Of a DNA stretch of 64,000 nt, positions 54,624 to 64,000 are shown piece after piece. Position numbers and translations under genes: made by a program. Position 1 is the first letter of the stretch. Each line of letters begins with the position of its first letter. The notes under the pieces are model-generated. The model made no database searches and was not told where the DNA came from. It worked only from the letters and a program-made list of their open reading frames with translations. Source of the stretch: Eledone cirrhosa (lineage: Eukaryota); assembly GCA_964016885.1 (NCBI GenBank), contig OZ024740.1, positions 381,548,001 to 381,612,000 of the forward strand, given 5' to 3'.

Positions 54624-55928
54624 CACCGTGTAAAATATATTTTGTTCCCCGTTCTAAGTGTCATTTCCTGGTTTGTTATATCCCATTATTATAAAAAAAA
54701 CACTATTATTTAATCAGAAGTTTGGGTTTGTGGTCACTAGCCCCCAGATATAGTCCCCCATCATTTGTTCATTGTAGTAGCCCTGGTACTTCCGCTCGAT
54801 CTCTTTCACATCATGGTGGAATCGTTCGTCTTGTTCTTCTGAGTAGGCGCCCATATTGTCCTTTAATTATTCCAGGTGAGCGTCTAGCATATGGAGTTTA
54901 AGCGACATCCTGCATCCGATGGCGCCAAAAGCCTTTATCAGATCCTGCACTAGTTGCTGGTAGTTTTCAGCTCTGTAGTTGCCCAGGAAGCCCTTAACAA
55001 CTGCATTGAAACAGTTCCATGATGATCTCTCAAGCCTATTGAGCTTATTGGAGAACTCGGTAGACTCAAATATCTTTTTTATCTGAGGTCCAACAAAAAT
55101 TCCACCTCTGATTTTGGCCGCAGATAACTTGGGGAAGAACTCAAGAAGGTGCTTAAAAGCGGCTGATTCTTGGTTGAGAGCCTTCACAAGCTGCTTCATC
55201 AACCCCAACTTAATGTGCAGTGGTGGCATGAGCACAATCCTGGGATCAACCAGTGGCTCACACATGACGTTCCGGGTCCCAACTACAAATTCTGTTCGCT
55301 GCTCCCAGTTCTTTCTTTTGTAGTGGTCAGAGGTGGCTCTGTTGTCCCAAAGGCAGAGGAAAGATTGGAATTTGATAAAGCCTCCTTGGAGTCCAAGCAG
55401 GAAAGCCACCATCTTGAAGTCTCCAATGATTTCCCAATTGTACTGGTTGTATTGCAGAGCTTCCAAGAGGACTTTCACACTGTAGTATTCTCCCTTCAGG
55501 CAGACTGAATGAGCTAGGGACAATGTCGGGAACTTTTTTCCATTGTGGAGGAGGACAGCCTTCAAACTTGTGGTGGAACTGTCTATAAATAGCCGCCACT
55601 CCTTGGGCACAAACGGCACCTCAATAACGTCAAACAGTCAGGCACGTCATGGCAGAAGCAAAGACCATCCCTAAGAGTGTAAAAGCCTGAGAAAGCTTCG
55701 TGTCGACTTCTCTGACTTGTCACCTGCACTTACTCCTTGACCACGTTCTACTGCTTCATCCTGGAGACGAATAGCTCTGCATTGGACGTGGTCAGACCCA
55801 TATCCCTGACAAAGTCATTAACTTCTTTTTGGTTTGGGAAGTGAGGAACTTTTCTGGTACCTCAGGCAGGTAGTCCAAGCCCTCAGCATCAATCTCCTCC
55901 TCTTCATCAGAATACTTGTTACACGGTG
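54624..55928 (-). mobile_element. Internally deleted Chapaev3-like (CMC) DNA transposon
   Basis: Transposase EWRLFIDSS..SLKAVLLHNG..GDFKMVAFLLGLQGG..PPLHIKLGLMKQ..MSLKLH (54867-55619), premature stop, then SEEQDERFHHD..YQG; TIRs CACCGTGTAA (54624) and TTACACGGTG (55919-55928). Confidence 0.8.
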
Positions 55929-57139
55929 TTATATATTCTTGTATGTATATATTTGAGCTCATCGTTGTCATTAGTGGTAACACTTATCTTTTATAAACTT
56001 CCTACACAACTTGCAAAGAAGACCTCATCATAATATATGGTAGCCTTTGCTGGGCCTATCGGAGCGATGGGTCTTCGTTATAGAGTCGATAAAATGTCGA
56101 AAAGTGTCTTTTTTGTCATTTAAATTCGTACACGATCACTTTATTGACCCATCTATTTATAGCTTCTCTCCGATGAAGTTACGAACAGTTAATAACGTCA
56201 TTTGGTCATACATTTATCGTTAATCAATATAAATTATATGTGTCTCAGCCTTTCATAATTGTTTTCGATTCGAATTATATTCGTGTTCATCTACATTTTA
56301 TTTCAATTGCGTGTATGAAAATATTTGTAAAAAAGTATTCACAAAGTGATTTCTGACATTGGTGCAATGACGTAAATTTGTCTGGATATATGCTATAGTC
56401 GATTTCATTCATCCATTATTTAACTAATACTATTTTATAAGGTTCATAAGAATGTAAAGCAAAGTCGATCGATGAGAAGTTTAAATTTGATAGTAATGTG
56501 ACATAACTAAACATCACAAGAGATTTTATCCGTTACGTTAACAATATGTTTATGGCTAACAGAATGCAAGGATGTTTTTAATAGAAACATATTTTGTTAT
56601 ATTGTCAATAAGATTAAGCATGTTATAAACGTCGCAGTATTGTTTACCATTGCTTTCTCTGACATTTACAGTACCTAGTAACATTCTCATATACACATTT
56701 TTACAATGTTTGCAATTTGTGAATGTGAATGTCACATAATCATCTGTTGATCATGCTTTACATAGTTATGGTTATCCTTTACAACCTTATGTGAGTTGGC
56801 ATTTGATTAGCTGCAAAGTGAAAACAAAGGTGTAAAGCAAGTACAAAATTGCCATCTAGATTAAGCTCTCATTTCTTTGCCTGTTGCTGAGAAAATTTCA
56901 TTTCATTTCATAAAGCATATGAGATGACCAGAAATTTATATTCAAATATGTCTAATGAATTCAAGTTGTGGATGGTGCGAGCAGAAGAACTGCGAAACCG
57001 GTAAAAGAACGAAATAAATATATATATTTAAAAAAAAAATAAGACTCCAGTTGCATTTTCGATTTCATCTCTTTTTCTTTACACTTTCACTCGTGTAGGA
57101 CACCTCGGTTATTTTTCAATTTGTAAAAAAAAACCTCAC

Positions 57140-57445
<306 letters not shown>

Positions 57446-57727
57446 CTACCATATACAGGATGTTGCAGAAAAAAATGTATAACACTTTGATGAGAGTGCT
57501 GTTGAAATGTGTATATATTTTTCTTGGACACCATGAACATGAAGCAAAAAAAAAAAAATAATAATAACCCTATCCAAACGCATACATGGATAACAAATAA
57601 TCATATTTATACTAATTACTGGCACGTAGGTGAGGGACGTCATTAGAGGGCAGCCAATATTTTAATCTCTCTCTATTGATAAAAATTTATAAAATTATAA
57701 AACCAGAAAAACATACACACATATAAT

Positions 57728-57911
57728 TGTTTCTACTTTTGGCACAAGGCCCCCAATTGCCCAGTGTATTACTGTTACTTTATTTTATCGAATCCGTAAG
57801 GATGAAAGGCAAAGTTACCCTCGGCGGGATTTGAACTCAGAATGGAAAGGGCCGTGACTCTATGTGTCAAAGCATGGTATCCGACCCTCTACCGACCTGC
57901 CAATCCACCGC
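57728..57911 (-). mobile_element. SINE with TSD, inside a short inverted repeat
   Basis: TSD acatacacacatataat; flanks 57668-57720 and 57930-57989 are inverted copies. Confidence 0.85.
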
Positions 57912-58210
57912 ACATACACACATATAATGTGTGTATGTATGTTCTTCTGGTTTTAAAATTTTATAAATGTTTACCAATAGAGAGAGAGTCGGTTTCTAAC
58001 ATAGATATATGACTCTCACATTGGAATTTAAACAACATCAACTCGTAGATATGTCTGCATGTGTATGCAGGTGTAGATGTTATTGTGGGTGTGGATGTGG
58101 ATGTTTTGAGTTATATGTGTGCATGTATATGCTTTGTATCTGTACAAGTGTACATGCATTTATTAGATGCAGAATCTTTGGAATGTTTTACATATTTTTT
58201 ACTGTTCCAG

Positions 58211-58360
58211 CTTCTCAAGATTTGTACTGTGGCAGATACTAACATATCCCAGGGTCCCAGTATCCACAGGTATGAATCTGAAGGTATATACGTATGTAAA
58301 TCGACCAGCGTCGTTTCTGATTCCTTAACCGTCGTTCTGGGATGCTACGACAGGAATATG
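58211..58360 (+). other. Candidate 150-nt host exon
   Basis: tttttactgttccAG acceptor, 50 open codons (LLKICTVADTN...VVLGCYDRNM), ATG|GTAAGA donor; no protein family recognised. Confidence 0.35.
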
Positions 58361-58535
58361 GTAAGAAATTCTGTTTTATGCTTATGAACATCGGCTGACG
58401 AAGCTCATTTACAAACAAAGAAAACGCTGGCGAACTCTAATCAATGAGAGGGATTAATAAGCAACTTGGGATTTATATTAAATCATATACGAAATATTCA
58501 TGTTAAAAAATGTATTACTATAGACTCGCTATGAA

Positions 58536-58622
<87 letters not shown>

Positions 58623-58821
58623 TATATAAATAAATATAGTAAAAAAGAAAACAAAACAGTACAAAATGCTATTCTCTCGGAATAACATCAAAACATTTAT
58701 TTACAAAATAGGAATTTCCGCATTTATTTGTACCGGTTTCAGCTTATACGCTTTTTCAACGACGAAAGTGTATAATGCATTTAAATTGCATATTGATAAG
58801 CATAATAAGAATAATAAGAAT

Positions 58822-58908
<87 letters not shown>

Positions 58909-58911
58909 TAG

Positions 58912-59530
58912 ATTAGGATTGGTGCTCTGAAATAGCGATGTATACATGAATGTATATATAGTATATTTGGCAATATACCCTATGTTTAATTAAAAACATT
59001 TTGAAGACCATGCGCTATTGGTTTTAAAGTAGTGACTATGTCACTTCCTTCTTTTGGGCAAAATAAGGGAGAGAAGCTAACAGTCTGTTTCACGCTGTTG
59101 CCGATCATCAGAGCCACGCACTCCCTGCTTCCGCCGAAAATTATAGAACCTGGATTCTTAGAGAATTCCAGTAATAATCACGAGCTGATTATACAGAGCG
59201 ATTGCTGGTCCAGCAAAAATTAGGTATTAGGATTGGTGCTCTGAAATAGCGATGTATATTTGAATGTATGTATTGTATATTTGGCAATATACCGTATGTT
59301 TAATTTAAAACATTTTGAAGACCTTACGCTATCGGTTTTAATGTAGTGACTATGTCTCTTCTTCAAAATGATTTAAATTAAACATACGCGACTGTTAGCT
59401 TCTCTCCCTTCTTTCGCCGAAAAGAAGTAAGTGACATAGTGACTACTTTAAAACCGATAGCGCATGGTGTTCAAATTGTTTTTAATTACACATACGGTAT
59501 ATTGTCAAATATACTATATATACATTCATA
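58912..59530 (-). mobile_element. HHR-bearing non-coding element with a tandem partial copy and an inverted copy
   Basis: 58913-59045 repeated directly at 59228-59360; 59390-59530 is the inverse of 58945-59085; microsatellite flanks. Confidence 0.8.
59075..59115 (-). ncRNA. Type I hammerhead ribozyme motif with weak stem II
   Basis: ggct-CTGATGA-tcggcaacagcgt-GAAA-cag-a-ct-GTT-agct. Confidence 0.6.
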
Positions 59531-59543
59531 CACACACACACAC

Positions 59544-59633
<90 letters not shown>

Positions 59634-60802
59634 CGCACACTCAATCGTACACACCTAATTTCATACGTTAATACATCTACGAGCGATAGCAATTTATATT
59701 TATAGAATATTAAAATATGAAATAACATTAATAATGATTATGAAAGAATGGAATTTTCTTTTCCAAAAGAACGATAAAACAATTATGGAAAGTAAATTTG
59801 TTCTGTTCAAAATAAATTGAGGTTGTCGTAAATGAAGAAGGAAAATAGGAAATGGTGAATAAGCCCTTCAGGTTTGACATTGCCTGCCAGTGGATGTGAA
59901 TGATGTGTTAATTTACTATTAAATGGGACAGCTAACTGACTGAGTAGAAATACTAATCATTAGCAGCCATTATTATTGTTGGTGGCAAAATAATAAGAAA
60001 GCAACATTAAATAAAAAACATATAAAATATTATTGTCATATCAAAATTTTCTTTTCTATAAACGATGACGCTTGTAAATAATAGCTATAATATAACTCTC
60101 TGCAATAAAGACTGAAAGAAATTAGTAGTCATTCAGTTAATGCATTTTTTTCATTACTGCGAAAGTATCATTAATTAATTTAAATTTCGTCTGTTACACT
60201 CATTGTCGTGGCACTAACCCAACCATTGTGCAAAAAGAAACAAAAAAAAATAAATAAAACAATGACAGATATCTATTTTTAATAGAAACAATTTTTCGTC
60301 GGAAACTTAAATTAGGAAACTTAAATTGTTTCTGATTATGTTTTCAGATAGACCTTATTAATGTAAGTGACACATAATCATTAAATATAATACTTCAAAC
60401 TGTCGTACTTTCATGTTTTACGTTGCTTATTTGTAGACTTCAATGACAGCTTTACATTTAGATTTAGGTGCTCACTTTTCATTGTTTTCTTTTGGATTTA
60501 ATACAGGGTATAAAAGTGGTTGGGAGAATTGTACATTTCTTAATGGATGTAAGTAGGTATAATAATTGGCGGACTGGCTCTAAAAATATTGGTTGCCTGG
60601 GAGAGACAAAGGTGCCCACACACAACTACAATATTATCATTTAATTTTCCTATCGAATAAATAAAATTAAAAAGAAATCATCTCTATGCAATTGTTGTAA
60701 AGTAAAAATACGGATTATAGAATGTACGGATTACTTTCACTAATAAAAAAAAGATTTTGTGAAATAGCAGTAATGAGCTTCGGTTTTCACACTTAATATA
60801 TA

Positions 60803-62022
60803 CTAGCTGACGTACCCAGCTTCGCCCGGGTAAACAGATGATAAGAGAAGACAGGTACAAGACTGACAGACAGGCACACAGACAGATAAACTGCGTGGCG
60901 ATTGTGGAACGCCCCACGTACACACACATACACGCATGGAAACGCTCTCAAGCATGCAAACTTACACACGCACCCGTGCACTTACACACACTTACACACT
61001 CACACATGTTGATAGTTTTTACTTTCTGTGGAAAGCTGCACACACGCACACACACATAAACATACACACACGTACATACACACGCACACATGGTAATAGT
61101 TACAGCGTTCACTTTGCCTCTCTGTTTCTTATCTCCCCTCTCACTCCCTCATTGGCATTATGCGTATTAATTTAAGTTTGGCGTCGTTGAGGTGGGCGGA
61201 GTCATTTGAAACCTATGAACCAATGATAATCGAGAATTATGACACACGGAATACTGATGTTGTTCAAATTAATATATAGACTAGCTGACGTACCCAGCTT
61301 CGCCTGGGTAAACAGATGATAAGAGAAGACAGGTAAAAGATAAGATGACTGTATTGGATGTTTGTCTGGTTACAGTATGAGGCGAGTCCGTGGTGTCTGT
61401 GTGATACAAAAAACAGAAAAATATCTTCCAGATATGCCAGATTCTTCGTTGTACCGTTTGTGCATAGCATATGAACAATTCTAGGTGTTCCCACCTAGAA
61501 CAGTGACCTCTAGGAGATAGTTCATCTTCTATCTGACTGTAAAACGTGTATCATTGCATAGACGTGGTTGTTCCACGTTTCTCAAAAAGATGATGGAAGT
61601 TCCAATCTTTTATATTATATGTAGATATAGATAATTAATATAAAAGATGATGCTCTGCCAGTTCGTCTTCAACCATCACAGCACGTCGTAGCTACTTGGC
61701 TCCAGTGTTTCATTGGCGTTGTTCAGCCAGCTCCTCTTCATTCTTGGCGGCACGTCTTCGCCTCTGAAGTTCGGCGTTCCGATGGAGCTGTTCGGCCCGT
61801 TTTTCTTCATTCCTGGCTGCACGCCGTCGCCGCTGTAATTCACTGTTTGATAAAGTCGAATTGCTTTTACTTTCTGTGGAACGCTGCATGCACGCACACA
61901 CACATAAACATACGCGCACGTACATACACATGCACACATGGTAATAGTTACAGCGTTCACTTCACCTCTCTGTTTATTACTCTCCCCTCTCACTCGCATT
62001 ATGCATATTAATTTAAGTTTGG
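60803..62022 (-). mobile_element. Cluster of 2-3 Helitron-derived pieces
   Basis: Two 3' ends tacccRggcgaagctgggtacgtcagCTAGt (60803, 61281); 5' TCtatatctac near 61631; 61017-61180 duplicated at 61865-62021; QRRRRAARNEE repeats like Helitron N-terminal charged repeats. Confidence 0.7.
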
Positions 62023-62099
62023 CTTTGTATTAACTTACCTATTATATTGCTACTCTGTTGGTGTTATCTTATACATGCTCGTTTTACATGCTAAAGTCA

Positions 62100-62410
62100 T
62101 AAATATACTCTATGTCTTACTTAGATTGATGTTGTGATTATTTCAACTAATTTATTGCTAGCATTGTTAGTATTGTTATTATTGTTCTTATTTAATGCGA
62201 CTACTATATATAGAAGCCATGCCTGTGTATTCCCTTCATTCTCGCAAGCTCTGATGAATTGACTGGTTATAACTATGTATTGGTGATCGATTGACTCAAA
62301 AACAGGCGGGTAGCGATCTCTAGACATACCAGTTCAGAGAAACATTTGTCAGCAATGTGATTAAAGCCCTTATTGTATAGCAAACCGTGTCACTCTTCTT
62401 TCTTGATTTA
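62100..62410 (+). mobile_element. 3' terminal fragment of the PLE family at 3881-5467
   Basis: Homologous to the reverse complement of 3881-4190; ends at (TA)n. Confidence 0.8.
62248..62353 (+). ncRNA. Type I hammerhead ribozyme with ~60-nt stem II insert
   Basis: gct-CTGATGA-attgactggt...accagttcaga-GAAA-c-attt-GTC-agc. Confidence 0.7.
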
Positions 62411-62431
62411 TATATATATATATATATATAT

Positions 62432-62463
62432 TGTTTCGTTCGAAGGAAATCATCAGGAAATCC
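62432..62463 (-). ncRNA. 5' half of a hammerhead ribozyme truncated at (TA)n
   Basis: ggatttc-CTGATGA-tttccttcgaac-GAAACa; overlaps in sequence (tgtttcgttcgaa) with the 34176 hairpin, which supplies stem III and GUA. Confidence 0.6.
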
Positions 62464-62562
62464 CTGTGCTCTAGTTTTCATACCAGTCGATAAAAATATA
62501 TCGACCCATGTTGCTCAACCCGCCAAGATGAAACTCTCCTCGATTATACACAAACGCGCGCG

Positions 62563-62593
<31 letters not shown>

Positions 62594-62683
62594 ATATATA
62601 TATATACATACCCACACACAAACACATATATACACGCACGCGGACAAATATATATATATGTATATATATAATTATAAAAATCA

Positions 62684-62718
<35 letters not shown>

Positions 62719-63168
62719 TATATGTATATACATATATACATATATGTATATACATATATACATGCACACGTACACAAATACCCACCCACCACCCCACCAC
62801 CCAAACCCACACATATATATATACACACACACACCTGGAATATTTAATGATATTGCGGAGAATATTTTTTAGGCTCAGGGCTTTTTAAATTAATGAATTA
62901 TTTTTACCTCCTTCAAGTTTTAAAATATTCGATATTCTTCATTTTGCCAAAGACATGGAAAAATAATTGTCCGAAGTTTTATTGTTTTTTTTCTTAATGT
63001 TGATAATAATTGTTGTAGTCATTGTTTTAATAACTCTTGCTTCCATTACCTAAAATTATTTTGATTGCTCTTGTTGCATTGTTTCATTTTAGTTTTCTTT
63101 ATGTTCATTTGTATTCTAATTATTTTTTGTATTGTCTTCTAAATGTACTTTTTTTATTTATTGTCTTT

Positions 63169-63267
<99 letters not shown>

Positions 63268-63883
63268 TTTTTATTAAGTGGTGTTCTGATAATTGATGTT
63301 TGATTTTATTGTATTTGTTGTATAAATCAGAAAGAAGAATTGATAGGAAAAGGAATTATTTAAAAATATACATTTACATTCCAAAATAACCTATTCTATT
63401 TAGATATCTAAAATAATATAAAGTCTTTTTACTTCTCTTCTGTATATACGTTAATAAATTAGTTGGTTGTATGTAAAAAATTATGTACATATCATAAAAG
63501 GAAAACACAGTCAAACACGAACACAAAACAAAAGAAATTCAACCATTTCAAACTTGTGAATAGAAATGAAATAAATTTGGTACCTAATTAAAATTGAAGA
63601 AAATATACAAACAAAAACACAGAAGGAAGCAAAGCAGAAAGAAAGAATAGAAATACCTCGAAAATTAACAACATAAAACATATGAAATATAATATAAAAA
63701 TAATTAACACGTATCGAAAAAAATCCCCCCCAAAATACACTCCACCATCATCATTTTCACAAGCAACCACAAACTCCACCAACACACTTATCACCATCAT
63801 CATCAGAATCATCGGCGTCACCAGATTTGAAGTGATTAAACTATACTGTACTATACTATATATATATACACACATATATACGA

Positions 63884-63938
<55 letters not shown>

Positions 63939-64000
63939 CATATATAAGTATACCTGTGTGTGTGTGTGTGTGTGTGTGAGTGTATATATATATATATATA

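Overview
AT-rich, microsatellite-saturated eukaryotic (animal) DNA, most likely an octopus/coleoid cephalopod genome (inferred from the SINE family and repeat landscape). No intact host gene is recognisable; most ORF-track entries are microsatellite translations. The window is a mosaic of decayed mobile elements: Penelope-like elements (PLEs, RT + GIY-YIG), Tx1/L1-clade LINEs (two long head-to-tail copies plus two 3' fragments), RTE LINE pieces, an R4/Dong-like RLE LINE pair, a tRNA-derived SINE family, non-autonomous Helitrons and a deleted Chapaev3-like DNA transposon. The most striking signal is a set of at least six sequence-distinct type I hammerhead ribozyme (HHR) motifs. One has a compensatory U3-A8 core and several have long stem II inserts. 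They sit in mostly non-coding PLE-derived elements that insert into (TA)n and often carry a fold-back (inverted) 5' copy. Also seen: a shared 3' end between the SINE and the Tx1 LINEs, an (AAT)n insertion hot spot, and traces of a duplicated, decayed exon-like host module.
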